Shown here: positions 40,460 through 51,011 of the stretch, one piece after another | Position numbering within the stretch: position 1 is the first letter of the stretch | Layout: every line of letters begins with the position of its first letter | NCBI GenBank assembly: GCA_963555985.3 | Contig: OY820591.1 | Location: 1,024,001 to 1,088,000 of the forward strand | Length of the DNA stretch: 64,000 nucleotides | Direction: 5' to 3' | Source of the DNA: Dehalococcoidia bacterium | GTDB lineage: Bacteria; Chloroflexota; Dehalococcoidia; Bin125 | Position numbers and translations under genes: made by a program | The notes under the pieces: generated by a model | What the model was told of the DNA's origin: nothing | Database searches by the model: none | The model's input: only the letters and a program-made list of their open reading frames with translations

Positions 40460-40598
40460 CAGCCCAACCGAACCTGAGCAGCCTGAACAAACCTGATCGC
40501 CTGAACGCCGTTTTTCCCAGCCGGCACAGGAGATCCGCAAATTCAGCCCGCCGAAAAAAATTCTCCCTGAACAACCTGAACAACCTGAACACCCCTAC
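40460..40598 (+). repeat. Dispersed intergenic element, copy C
   Basis: CCTGA at 8-10 bp spacing (40473-40505); GCAAATTC...CGCCGAAAAAAATTCTCCCTGAACAACCTGAACAACCTGAACACC. Confidence 0.65.
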
Positions 40599-40607
40599 TC
40601 TGCCCGC

Positions 40608-41420
40608 ATGACCGACCACGACGACCCGCTCCCGCCCGCCCAACGCCTCAACGCCGACGCCGTCCGCTCCCGCCTTACCACTGCCCAGATCGGGCGCCAA
40701 CTCCACTACCTCCGCGTCACCAACTCCACCATGGACGACGCCCGCCGCCTCGCCGAAAGCGGCTGCCCCCACGGAACCACCGTCGTCGCCGACGAGCAGA
40801 CCGCCGGCCGCGGCACCAAAGGCCGCATCTGGGTCTCGCCTCCCGGCCAGAGCATCCACGCCACCCTCGTCGTCCGTCCCTCCGCCGACCAGCTGAAACG
40901 CCTCAGCATCATCACCCCCGTCGCCGCCTGCGAAGCCGTCGCCCGAACTAGCCCGCTCCAACCCACGATCAAGTGGCCCAACGACATCCAAATCGAACAC
41001 CGCAAACTCGGCGGCATCCTGATCGAAGCCGAGTGGGGCCGCAACCAACCCGACTACGCTCTGATCGGCATCGGCCTCAACGTCAACTTCGATCCCGCGC
41101 CCTGGGCAACCCAAATCGACCGCCCCGCTACCAGCCTCATGATCGAACTCGAAGCCCGCCAACAGCGCGAACCCGTCCTCGCCGAACTCCTCAACGCCTT
41201 CGAGACCGCCTACGAAGCCTGGGACAGCGAAGAACTTCACCAAGCCTGGAAATCCCGCCTCAGCACCCTCGGCCGCGACGTCCGCATCATCGGCCCCACC
41301 GGCGACGAGTTCGAAGGCCAAGCCGAAGACGTCAACCGCGACGGCGCCCTCCTCATCCGCAAGCCGGACGGAAATCTAGTCCCAGTCATCGCCGGCGAAG
41401 TCACCCTCCGCGATGCCTAA
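40608..41420 (+). CDS. birA: Biotin--[acetyl-CoA carboxylase] ligase (no HTH domain)
   Basis: STMD, QTAGRG..GR.W.SP, IKWPND, KLGGILIE, GIGLNVN. Confidence 0.95.
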   Translation: MTDHDDPLPPAQRLNADAVRSRLTTAQIGRQLHYLRVTNSTMDDARRLAESGCPHGTTVVADEQTAGRGTKGRIWVSPPGQSIHATLVVRPSADQLKRLSIITPVAACEAVARTSPLQPTIKWPNDIQIEHRKLGGILIEAEWGRNQPDYALIGIGLNVNFDPAPWATQIDRPATSLMIELEARQQREPVLAELLNAFETAYEAWDSEELHQAWKSRLSTLGRDVRIIGPTGDEFEGQAEDVNRDGALLIRKPDGNLVPVIAGEVTLRDA

Positions 41421-44400
41421 TCGAACCCCACAGGCGCAGGCAGCTGCACCGCCGCATCCTCCGCCTCTGGTGGGCGAACAACCCAGAGCACCTGCCCCGC
41501 CTCCAAGACGAGCGGCGGCCCTGGCAGGGCGTAGTAAGACCACGCGCCGTCGCCCCCAATCCACGCCCCTTGCACCGATCCGTCAAGCAACGTGGCCAAC
41601 TCCGACAAGAGCGTGCCCTCCGCGCCCGCAAAGGAAAGCTCGCTCAGGCCAGGACCAAGAACCATCTCAACAGGTTCAATCGCCGCAATCACGAGCAACG
41701 ACGGTCCGCGCAGCCGCACCTGGAGCCCCGTGCCAACCAAGGCAAGCGGGGCTTCGCTCCACTCCTGCGCAAGCAGATCGAAGGCAAAGGCTCGATAAGG
41801 CCCGCTAGCCTCGGGTACCGGAATCCGCACAGTCAACTCGACCGCATGGTCAATCGGCGTGCCGCGGCGATCTGAGACATCGATCCGCCACGCATCGACA
41901 AATCGGTTGCGGCCCTCGCCCGCCCATGCAGTACTCCACGCGCGAGGGAAGAACTCCTCCAGCCGAGCAAACCGCTCAACTCGTTCGACCTGCAGCCGCC
42001 ACATCTCCAGCTTCGATTCCGCCGCCAGATTCGCGTTCAGCCGAACACTCGCGGCGACACCGCCCTGCGCGATCCGCGTTAGTTCTGGTTCATGCTCGAG
42101 TTCCTCATCCGGCCAAGCGATCGCCGCGCTCAGTCCGTCGCCGGACAACTCGCGCAAGAGCTCCCGGCGCAACGCTGCATCGTCGCCCTCCGCCCGCAGC
42201 CGCGCCGCCTCAATCCGCTCTGACCACCCGTCTGCCCGCTCGGTCAGATTCACAACCTCAATTGCCGCCGACTCCATAAGCTTGTCGTCTAAATCTCTGA
42301 CGCCGCTGCCGTCCTCGGGCGCGAGATAGCGCAGCTCAACAGCGTCGAGCGCTGTGATCCGCTCAGCAAGCGTGAGCAGCAAGGCAGACGACCGCCACTC
42401 CAGCGACGACACCTCGAGCCGTCGCCGGCCCGCAATCACTAAGAACTGCTCTGCATCCGTCAGTCCCGGTTCGATTCGCTGATCGAATTCGACCTCAATG
42501 GCGGCGGCATCCGCACTGGCGGACACCATTGAAGGCGGCGTCTGCGTCACGTTGAGCGGCACGATCACGGAGCTTGCCACCCGATGTCCCGCCAAACCTG
42601 CCAAGCCGCCTCTCTCGCGGGCCAGATAGATCAGCGCCGGCTGGTCTTCGTCGCGGAGCGGCTGCGCAAGCTCAAGAAGCACCGTGCTGCCGCCGACAAT
42701 CACTTCGGCGATATCCAACTCCCGATCGTCCCCGAGCGACACAACCCACTGGCTGCGCGTGGAGCCAAGATCGAGCAGCGGCTGATCGAACAGGATCAGC
42801 ACCATCTCACGGCTGCCGTAGGCCGCGGTCATTCGCGGGGCTTGGCCCAACTCGTTGACTGCGACTCGAAATGGGGCGACCGCACCTTCGCTCCCACGCA
42901 GAGCCTCGCCGTCATAATGCAGAACAAGATCGTCGCGCGGCCCTGCCCCGGGAGCAGCCAATCTGAGCGACAAACGCGCACCGCTGATGTTCGTCACCGC
43001 AGTGACGTCCGGTGCGTGGGTCAGCTCGAATGCGCTCGCTTCGGGCAATGGAACAGCGGAGAGCGCCTGATCGAAGACGATGGCCAACTCGCGCAGATTC
43101 ACTGTCGCCGACAGCGGACAAGGAGCGGCTCGGTCGATGAGCCGGTTGAGCGAGAACGCTGCCAAGCCGCCTCCGCCTGTATAAGTGACCGCCACGGCAT
43201 CACCCAAACAGACGACGCGATCGAGGGTCAGCGCGACTCGCCCTTCGTCGATCGAGACGCTCGCAACCGTACCCTCCTCCCCGCCAACAGCGGCATTCCA
43301 GTTCTTCTTCGTCACGCTCGCAGGAGGCGTTTCAAAGTCGAGAAGCAGCTTCTTGCCTTCCGCTCGCAGACAGCTCAATCCCGCCGCCGCTGCAATCAGA
43401 TTGCTGACTCTGATCTCAAACGAGACGACCGCATATCCCTTGCCGTCCAACCATGGCTGCGTTTGAGCACTGCGGTAGACCAAGCGCACTCCAACGCATT
43501 CCGGTATCGGACGATCCAGAAGGAGCGTGAGCGACGAATCATCGACAGCCGCGCTCTGTAGCGCCAGCTCGACCTCACCTGCGTAGACGACGAATGCGCC
43601 CAGCGAGGGCGCACTGCCGCTCGCCAGAGCAGCGTCGAATGTCATGTTGATTTGCCGTCGATTGGATGTATCCACCGCCGCCGATACGGGAGCTGCCGCG
43701 ATCCGGTTGGCGACCGAAAACGCTTCGAATTGCTTTACCCGATTGTGTGATTCCGAAGTGTCGCGCAATTCCCATTCGGGACGCTCTGGCACGTGGGGGC
43801 GAGTGTACGAAGTCGTGATGACCTCGGTGCTGGACGCCTGTCCGGCTAGTGTCAATATGACGGCGCCGCTCTCGATCTCGACCTGCGTCAGCGCAATCCC
43901 CGCTTCTCCTGCGAAGACCTCGAACCATACCGCCGGCTCAGCGATGCCGTCCGGCGCGCAGATCGCGTCATACAGCTCAGCCGGCTCGTTCTCTTTCACC
44001 CACTCACAACTGGGGGGCGGCACGGCCTGTTCATCAAGCGCCTGATCGAACTGAATCGTCAACGTTTGCGCCTGAATCCACGCATGCTCCGCGATCGGTG
44101 CGACGTCAGTCCGATTCTCTACAGCAATCGTGAAGCTCGCGACCAGATTTGGAAGATCGTCGTCCTGGAGACTGTCTGTTTTGGGCGGGTTGTACGCTAG
44201 TGTCACTGCTTCGCCTTCGCGCAAGGGCCGGTCGTTGGTCAGCGTCAGAGTCAAGACGCTGCCGACGATCTCCTGATTGTCGACAACCGCGCCGCCACTG
44301 AGCTCGAATCTGTCGTTCGGCGGCTTCTTGCCCGGATTGAGATCCTGATCGAACACGACCGTGATCTCCGTACCCGTCTCGTTGGAGGCGGCGGCCACCG

Positions 44401-47400
44401 GAAACGGCGCATAGTCGGTCTCATTTTCGATCGAGGCGCTGAAGCCGGCGACGAGATTGCCGGATCCATCCCGAAGGCCATTCGTGTCGGGAACCGTATA
44501 CGTCAGGCTCAGATTGGCGTCTTCCACGACGCTCTGTTCCAGGGAAAGCGTTGCCGCAGCGCCTGCAATCGTCACGCTGTCTACCGCAGGGGCGCCGCTA
44601 CCCAAGTCGAACGCTGCCGTCTCAGGAGTGTGCGCTGTGGACAGCGGCTGGTCGAACGTGACCGTGACCGCCTCTCCATCGGCAACGGCGCCGACGAATA
44701 CGGGTGCGGTGTCGGTCAGATTGCTCAGTTGGTACTGGTCGATCTGGGCGCGATTTTGTCCTGGATCGTCGTCCCGGATCAAAGCAGAACCGTACGAAGG
44801 ATCGTAATCCAGCGAGACGGTATCCAGCTCATGGACAGCTGTGTCCAACGTGATCTGCAACCTGCCTGCGCCGCCCGAAGCGTCGTTCGAAAGCGCAATC
44901 GCGTCCACCGATACGGCTGCGCGGATGCCGCTGATCGTGAAGTGATCCGTTGGAATCGCTCTGGTCTCCAGGTACAGCGACTGGTCGAAGTCGAGTTTGA
45001 TCGCCGTGCCATTCACCGTCCCCGACAGCGGCACTGGCGCGGTGTCGGTGTGATTCTCGAGCTCGATCGCGCTGATGCTGACCGAATTGCCTTCAGGGTC
45101 CGCCATCCGCGTGGATGCTGTGGTTGGTGCGTACGTCAGGGAAAGCTCCTCGTCTTCGGCCAGCGCCGGACTGACTGTCAGCTTGACCACGCCCTGACCA
45201 TTGATGTTTTCGAGGCTCGCGGCGGTGACCTGATGCGCTGACGAACTTGTGCTGAATTCGGATGTGGATGGCTGACGCGCCAGCTCAAGCGTCTGATCGA
45301 AGACCAACCGGACACTCGTCAGCGCAGCCAATGCCTCAATCAGCACTGGAGGCGTGTCCGTCTGATTCGCCACGCTCAGACGGTGTCGCGCATCATCGGA
45401 GTCGAAACCAAGCACGTGGAGCGAATTGGCTCCGCGCAGCCGCGTGTTGCCGTCATCCGCCGGCCGATGCCGAATGCGCACATCAGCGTCTTCGATGAGA
45501 GCGCTATCCAGGGTCAAGGAGACGAGCTGCGACGAGAGCGCCACCGTCAGCGGTGGGGTCGCGTCATCAATCACGAACGAGCTTGTCAGCGGAATAGCCT
45601 CCTGATCGAGCGCGCTGTCGAAGGCGATCGCCAGTTCGCGTCCGTTCGCAGTCGCCGATATTGGCAGAGGAGGACCGGCGTGTTCGGCCTCGAAGGCGGA
45701 GAAACTCGCCGTGAGATTCTCGCTCAGGTCGCGCAAGCCGTAATCGGAGTCTTGCGTATACGTCGCGGTGACGACCTCCCCCCTCCGCGCGACACTCGAC
45801 AACCGCAGCACCACCTGAACTCCACTGACTTTGACTGCGGTCACATCTCGCTCGACGTCGGCGACCGTGACGCTGAAGGCGCTGATCCCGGGATAAACGC
45901 CTTCATTGAGCGTCTGGTCAAAGAAAATCGTGATACCAGCGCCGGAAACTGTAGCCCGCTGAGGCGCCGGAGCCGTATCGGTCTCATTCGTGATCGCCAG
46001 CGTGAATGCCGGGACAGCCGTACCGGTCTGGTCAATCAGATTTCCGGTTCGCGCCGGAGCGTACGCCACAGTAGCCAACTCGGATTCCCGAAAATCAGGT
46101 GATACCTGCACCGAGACGGTTGATCCGCTCACCTCAAGTGATGTCGGGATGGCCGTCGTTCCGCTGAGCGTGAACTGGGCGATGTCCACATCAGCGGTTT
46201 CGTCCAGGGGCTGATCAAATGTCAGCGTCAGCGTCGAGCCATTCGCGGTGGCGCTGGTCGCATTGGTGGGTGTTTCGGTTTCGTTCGTCAGGGAGAGCTT
46301 CGCAATCGTTGCTGCATTCCCTTCCGGATCGACAATCCCCGAATCCCCGGACGGAGTGAAGGTGAGCGTGACCGAAACGCCTTCGCGCACGCTTGCAGAG
46401 AGCCTGAGCACCAACACCCCCCGCGTCGTCTCGCTGTCGTTGGCAAGCGAGACCGATGAAACGCTGCGGCTCGGAACGAGACTGAAACCGGAGGCGTCCG
46501 GCTGTGTATCAAGATCAAGGTCCTGGTCGAAGCGAAGTTCGACTCGGTCTCCGTTGATCTGCGCGGACAGCACTCGCGGCGACGTATCGACCTGATTGTC
46601 AATCGCGCGCTCTGTCCACGCCTCCACCTGAAGCTTGCCCTGATCTAGATCCCTCAGGCGCGCCGCCGTTGGGTCTTTCGGAGGCGTATAGGAGAGCTTG
46701 CCCGCATCTGTTTCGTGCAACGTCGGAGAGAGCGTGAGCGTAACTGCGGAGCCGCTGACCGAGACCTCCGTGGCCGCGGCCTTGGTCCCTGTCAGCGTGA
46801 AGCTCGAAGCCGACGGTGTGCCGGCCGTGTCTTCGCGCAGCGTCTCGGAGAACCGCAGGCTCAGCGAGCCTCCGTCTCCCTCGGCGATCACACTTGTGAG
46901 TCGAGGAGCGTCGTCGGTTTCATTCGTGACGGCGAGCGAAAATGCCGCTAGCGCAGTGCCGGTCGTATCGACCAGTGCGTCAACATTGGGCGGGCTGTAA
47001 CTCACCGTCAGGGCGTCTCCATCAGTAAGCGCTGGTGAGATCGTCAATGTCACTACGGCGCCTTTGATCGCGACAGTTTGGACGGTCGCGGCGGGAACGG
47101 AGACGGTGAACGACGAGGCAGCCGGAACGACTTCTTCGTTGAGGGACTGATCGAACGTGATTCGTATGGCGCCCCCGTTTCCGATAGCGCGAGTAGCGGT
47201 TGTCGGCGTGTCCGTCCGATTCGTGAGCGCGAGGTCTTGGATGCTTGCCGCATTGCCTTCGGGATCGACGATCTGGGAGTCGCCATCTGGGCTGAAGTTC
47301 AGCGTCACTGTGTCGCCCTCTCGGACAGCCTTCGCCAACGTGAGTTCAAGCAGGCCCCGGCTACTCGATCCGCTGTTCGTCAGCGACACGGAGGACATCG

Positions 47401-50179
47401 ATCTGGACGGCGACAAGCTGAACCCTGAGGTTGCCGGCTGCTTCGTGAGGTCCAGATCTTGGTCGAACTCGATCCGTACCGCTGTCCCGTTCACCTCGCC
47501 TGATACGACGCGCGGCGCCGTATCGACCTGATTGTCGATCGTTTCGCCAGTCCAATCTGCAACTGCCAGCGTTCCCTGATCGGCGTCCCGCAGCCGCGGC
47601 GATCCCTGATCGGTCGGCTGTGCATAGCCGATGGACGCGGAGTCCGTCTCGTGCAGCGCCGGGGAGACGGCGAGCACGACTTCCCGACCACTCATCGACA
47701 CACCGCTCACCTGCGCCGCGGTTCCGCTGAGCGTGAAGGTCGTCCCTGCTGGTGTCGACGAGGCGGCCGCGCTCAGTGGTTCGGAGAATCGGAGCGTGAT
47801 CTGCGACCCACTACCCGTCGCGCTCGCGCTGACCAGGCTCGGCGCGTCGTCGGTCTGATTGACGACCGCGACATCGCTGAACGCCGCTACTGCGAGGCCG
47901 TTTTGCCCATTGAGCGGGGCGTCGGACGACGGCGCGAACGTCAAGCTCATGCTGGCCCCGTCGGACACGGCTGCGGCCAACTTGAGTGTGACAGTGCGCG
48001 TCGCAATCGTGAGCTCGGAGACGGACGAATCTGAGCCGTCCACCTTGGCGCTGAACGCGCTCGTTGAGACGGACGAGTTCGAGTCGAGATCAGCATCGAA
48101 GAGGATGCTGAGGGTGTCGCCGTTGACCGTCAGACTGGTGGGAGCCGGGGCGCTGACGGTCAGGTTCGTAACCGCAAAAGCGCTGATGTCCGCCACCTCT
48201 TGTGCGCCGCCGGCGCGTCGCAGCGGCTTGGAGTCGGGCGCGGTGTAGCTCAGAGCAATTGTCTCTCCTTCGACCACGCTGCTTGAGAGAGTCAGCGCCG
48301 CCGTGCGATCGCTGATCGTCAACGAAACGACCGTCGCCTCCGTCCCGGTCAGCGCGAACGCTGTGCTCGCCGGTATCTCCGTGGACTCAAGCGGGCGATC
48401 GAACACCAGGAGCAGGATGTCGCTTGCTACGTTGGCGCTGCTGAGGCGAGGCACGCCGTCGGCGCTATTGGCGACCGCGTAGTCACTCCAGGCCGCCACC
48501 GGATACTGGCCGTCGGCGCTTGAGAGGCGGGCGGCGTTGGCTCCGGTTGCAGGCGTATAGCCAAGCGTGATCACTTCGCCCGTATCGGCCAAGGGGCTGA
48601 GTGTGAGGCTGACTTCGGAACCGGAGACGCTAACACTCGTGATCGTCGCGCTCGTCCCGGTCAGAGTGAATGTGCTTGCCGCCGGCGTGCCGGCGCTGGT
48701 ATCTAGGAGCGAGTCGGAGAAACCCAGTGTGAGCGTGGTCCCCGCCGCGTTGATGCCGGCAGTGCTCAAGGTCGGGGCCGGGTCGGAGGTGTTGTTGACC
48801 ACCGCCTGATTCGAGAACGTCTCCACATCCCTGCTGTTGCGCCCGACCAGTTTGTGCGGGCTCGCTGATGGTTCCGTGTAAGACAGCGTGATCACATCAG
48901 TGTGAGACACCGCTGCGGAGAGCGTCAGCGTGACCACTGCTGCGGTAAACGCTGTTGCGCTCACGCTCAGTCCGCTGACGCCGCTGACCGCGAAGGCGCT
49001 CGCTTCCGCAACCGACCGCAGCGGCAGATCGAACGTTAAGGTCAGGGTGGAGCCGTCCACCGCCGCCGCCGACACTACGGGCGCTGTTTTCGGCGTTTCA
49101 TGGACTACTTCAAGACTGCTGAAGCGGTCCACGCTGTGCGTCTTCTCGCGATCCCGCAGGGACGGCGAATCTCCCGTCGCCTCGAAGTAGAAGAAGAATG
49201 TGTCCACACTGATCGGGACGATTCCGGACAGGCTCAACGTCACCGTTGAACCCTCAATCGACACTCCGGTGACGCTTGGTGGGAAGGTCACCTGATTGCC
49301 GAAACGCCAGGAATCGGTTGTCGGCACACTTGCCGGATCGAGCGCTTGATCGAAAGTGACCGTGATCTGTTCGTAGAGGGCGGTCCCGGCAGTCGCGACA
49401 GGGGCGGTGTCGGTGTGATTCGTGACAGAAAGCTCCGTCCAGCTTGGGACAAGCTGCCTCCCTTGATCGGCATCGCGCAGTTCTTTGTCATAATCCGCAG
49501 AAGAGCGATCGTAGGACAGCAACACCTGCTCTCCTTGCGTCAGTCCCCGTCTCGATTGCAACAGGATCGTGACCGTATCTGAACCGAATCGAACATCGTT
49601 GATGACCGGGTTGCTCTTTGCAGCCTCGATCTCGAACGCATCCACCGAAGACCACCAACTAATCGCTCCCAAGTCCTCGCAGAACGTGATGATGATCCTG
49701 TCACCGGCGGTGTTCGTGACGATGCTCTCAACCGCAGGCGGCAAATCCGTCTGATTCGTAACCGCTTGATCTGAGAATGCAGCCACCGATTCACCGTTTG
49801 CTCCGAGCAGCGGCCGCTGCGCCGGAACCTCGTAACTCACTACCACCGCCGACCGATCGCAATCCGGGTCGGGCGCGCTCTCACTGAGCGTCAGCGTGAC
49901 AGCTGTCCCTGCAACAGCGACGCTGGAGACCGATCTAGCCTCTGTGCCCGCCGCGACGCTGAATGCGCTCGCCGCTGGGATCGAAGAGGTATCCAGCGAG
50001 GCGTCGAAGCTCAGCGTCAGCGATGTTCCTGTAACCGAAGCCGAGGTTACCGACGGTATCGTTGCTGCCTCCGCTTGCTCAACTGTGAGCGAGCACATCG
50101 CGCGTGCCCAGACAAGAACAAGACTGAGGCAGAACAGCCAGGTGAGCGCAGAGGCATTGACCTGGCGAAAGGCAGCCAA
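41417..50179 (-). CDS. Giant (~2920 aa) surface protein with SwmB-type repeats
   Basis: Roughly 25 ~100-aa repeats (AP...A.VNG..LTLTFDQ.LD...P..S.F...VTLTL...Y......L.D..G..V..F...N.TD). Start placed at TTG 50179 before a signal-like segment, because the ORF-track start 50323 overlaps the upstream gene. Confidence 0.82.
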   Translation of the reverse strand: MAAFRQVNASALTWLFCLSLVLVWARAMCSLTVEQAEAATIPSVTSASVTGTSLTLSFDASLDTSSIPAASAFSVAAGTEARSVSSVAVAGTAVTLTLSESAPDPDCDRSAVVVSYEVPAQRPLLGANGESVAAFSDQAVTNQTDLPPAVESIVTNTAGDRIIITFCEDLGAISWWSSVDAFEIEAAKSNPVINDVRFGSDTVTILLQSRRGLTQGEQVLLSYDRSSADYDKELRDADQGRQLVPSWTELSVTNHTDTAPVATAGTALYEQITVTFDQALDPASVPTTDSWRFGNQVTFPPSVTGVSIEGSTVTLSLSGIVPISVDTFFFYFEATGDSPSLRDREKTHSVDRFSSLEVVHETPKTAPVVSAAAVDGSTLTLTFDLPLRSVAEASAFAVSGVSGLSVSATAFTAAVVTLTLSAAVSHTDVITLSYTEPSASPHKLVGRNSRDVETFSNQAVVNNTSDPAPTLSTAGINAAGTTLTLGFSDSLLDTSAGTPAASTFTLTGTSATITSVSVSGSEVSLTLSPLADTGEVITLGYTPATGANAARLSSADGQYPVAAWSDYAVANSADGVPRLSSANVASDILLLVFDRPLESTEIPASTAFALTGTEATVVSLTISDRTAALTLSSSVVEGETIALSYTAPDSKPLRRAGGAQEVADISAFAVTNLTVSAPAPTSLTVNGDTLSILFDADLDSNSSVSTSAFSAKVDGSDSSVSELTIATRTVTLKLAAAVSDGASMSLTFAPSSDAPLNGQNGLAVAAFSDVAVVNQTDDAPSLVSASATGSGSQITLRFSEPLSAAASSTPAGTTFTLSGTAAQVSGVSMSGREVVLAVSPALHETDSASIGYAQPTDQGSPRLRDADQGTLAVADWTGETIDNQVDTAPRVVSGEVNGTAVRIEFDQDLDLTKQPATSGFSLSPSRSMSSVSLTNSGSSSRGLLELTLAKAVREGDTVTLNFSPDGDSQIVDPEGNAASIQDLALTNRTDTPTTATRAIGNGGAIRITFDQSLNEEVVPAASSFTVSVPAATVQTVAIKGAVVTLTISPALTDGDALTVSYSPPNVDALVDTTGTALAAFSLAVTNETDDAPRLTSVIAEGDGGSLSLRFSETLREDTAGTPSASSFTLTGTKAAATEVSVSGSAVTLTLSPTLHETDAGKLSYTPPKDPTAARLRDLDQGKLQVEAWTERAIDNQVDTSPRVLSAQINGDRVELRFDQDLDLDTQPDASGFSLVPSRSVSSVSLANDSETTRGVLVLRLSASVREGVSVTLTFTPSGDSGIVDPEGNAATIAKLSLTNETETPTNATSATANGSTLTLTFDQPLDETADVDIAQFTLSGTTAIPTSLEVSGSTVSVQVSPDFRESELATVAYAPARTGNLIDQTGTAVPAFTLAITNETDTAPAPQRATVSGAGITIFFDQTLNEGVYPGISAFSVTVADVERDVTAVKVSGVQVVLRLSSVARRGEVVTATYTQDSDYGLRDLSENLTASFSAFEAEHAGPPLPISATANGRELAIAFDSALDQEAIPLTSSFVIDDATPPLTVALSSQLVSLTLDSALIEDADVRIRHRPADDGNTRLRGANSLHVLGFDSDDARHRLSVANQTDTPPVLIEALAALTSVRLVFDQTLELARQPSTSEFSTSSSAHQVTAASLENINGQGVVKLTVSPALAEDEELSLTYAPTTASTRMADPEGNSVSISAIELENHTDTAPVPLSGTVNGTAIKLDFDQSLYLETRAIPTDHFTISGIRAAVSVDAIALSNDASGGAGRLQITLDTAVHELDTVSLDYDPSYGSALIRDDDPGQNRAQIDQYQLSNLTDTAPVFVGAVADGEAVTVTFDQPLSTAHTPETAAFDLGSGAPAVDSVTIAGAAATLSLEQSVVEDANLSLTYTVPDTNGLRDGSGNLVAGFSASIENETDYAPFPVAAASNETGTEITVVFDQDLNPGKKPPNDRFELSGGAVVDNQEIVGSVLTLTLTNDRPLREGEAVTLAYNPPKTDSLQDDDLPNLVASFTIAVENRTDVAPIAEHAWIQAQTLTIQFDQALDEQAVPPPSCEWVKENEPAELYDAICAPDGIAEPAVWFEVFAGEAGIALTQVEIESGAVILTLAGQASSTEVITTSYTRPHVPERPEWELRDTSESHNRVKQFEAFSVANRIAAAPVSAAVDTSNRRQINMTFDAALASGSAPSLGAFVVYAGEVELALQSAAVDDSSLTLLLDRPIPECVGVRLVYRSAQTQPWLDGKGYAVVSFEIRVSNLIAAAAGLSCLRAEGKKLLLDFETPPASVTKKNWNAAVGGEEGTVASVSIDEGRVALTLDRVVCLGDAVAVTYTGGGGLAAFSLNRLIDRAAPCPLSATVNLRELAIVFDQALSAVPLPEASAFELTHAPDVTAVTNISGARLSLRLAAPGAGPRDDLVLHYDGEALRGSEGAVAPFRVAVNELGQAPRMTAAYGSREMVLILFDQPLLDLGSTRSQWVVSLGDDRELDIAEVIVGGSTVLLELAQPLRDEDQPALIYLARERGGLAGLAGHRVASSVIVPLNVTQTPPSMVSASADAAAIEVEFDQRIEPGLTDAEQFLVIAGRRRLEVSSLEWRSSALLLTLAERITALDAVELRYLAPEDGSGVRDLDDKLMESAAIEVVNLTERADGWSERIEAARLRAEGDDAALRRELLRELSGDGLSAAIAWPDEELEHEPELTRIAQGGVAASVRLNANLAAESKLEMWRLQVERVERFARLEEFFPRAWSTAWAGEGRNRFVDAWRIDVSDRRGTPIDHAVELTVRIPVPEASGPYRAFAFDLLAQEWSEAPLALVGTGLQVRLRGPSLLVIAAIEPVEMVLGPGLSELSFAGAEGTLLSELATLLDGSVQGAWIGGDGAWSYYALPGPPLVLEAGQVLWVVRPPEAEDAAVQLPAPVGFD

Positions 50180-50187
50180 TCGCGCCG

Positions 50188-50964
50188 CTAGCGCCCCGAC
50201 CAGTTCGGGGCGCGCTTCTCCACGAACGCGAGCGGCCCTTCTTTGGCGTCCTCGGAGTTGAGCACGACGCGGCTGACCCACTGTCCGGTGCGGTAGGACT
50301 CGTCGATCATCAGTTGCCGCCACTGATGGGCCATGAACTTGGTGCCCTCAACCGCCAGGGGCGCGTTTTCGGCGATCATTTCGGCGATCGCGATCGCTCG
50401 CGGCAGCAGCTGATCGGGTTCGAGGATTTCGCGGATCAGGCCCATGCGCAGGGCTTCTGCGGGCGAAATGCGGTCGGCGGTGAGCATGATGTAGAGCGCG
50501 TCGCCGATCGGCAGCATCCGCGCGAGGTGGTGAATGGCGTAGCCGGGCATGATCCCGCGCTTGACCTCGAACAGTCCGAAGTAGGCTTCCGTCGAAGCGA
50601 TCCGAATGTCGCAATCGAGGGCGCGTTCGAGGCCGCCGGCCAGACAGAGGCCGTTGATGGCGGCGATGAACGGCTTGCGGCAGCGCGCGAAGGGCATCGA
50701 ATCATTCAGATCGAAGCCCATCGTGTCGCGCAGACCATCGCGCGACTGATTCTGCTCGTTCATCTCTTTGAGGTCGGTGCCGGCTGAGAAGGCGCGCCCG
50801 GTACCGGTCAGGATCGCGGCGCGGATCTCCGGGTCGTTCTCCAGATCCTCGACCGCCTCGATCGTCAAGCGGCGCAGATCGCGGCCGAGCGCGTTCAGGC
50901 GGTGGGGACGGTTCATCGTCAGCACGGCGTAGTGGCCGAACTTTTCGTAGATCAGGTCAGGCAT
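50188..50964 (-). CDS. Enoyl-CoA hydratase/isomerase
   Basis: NRP.RLNAL, FSAGTDL, AAING.CLAGGLE.AL.CD, FEVKRG, EGP.AF.EKR.P.W. Confidence 0.93.
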   Translation of the reverse strand: MPDLIYEKFGHYAVLTMNRPHRLNALGRDLRRLTIEAVEDLENDPEIRAAILTGTGRAFSAGTDLKEMNEQNQSRDGLRDTMGFDLNDSMPFARCRKPFIAAINGLCLAGGLERALDCDIRIASTEAYFGLFEVKRGIMPGYAIHHLARMLPIGDALYIMLTADRISPAEALRMGLIREILEPDQLLPRAIAIAEMIAENAPLAVEGTKFMAHQWRQLMIDESYRTGQWVSRVVLNSEDAKEGPLAFVEKRAPNWSGR

Positions 50965-51011
50965 CGCTCTCGCCTCTCAGGCGCTGCTCGATCGGGCGGC
51001 GGGCCGGCTGC

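Noticed and set aside
50180-50323. N-terminal extension of the giant ORF to 50323
   Set aside because: Overlaps the enoyl-CoA hydratase 3' end in another frame; TTG 50179 gives a plausible signal peptide.
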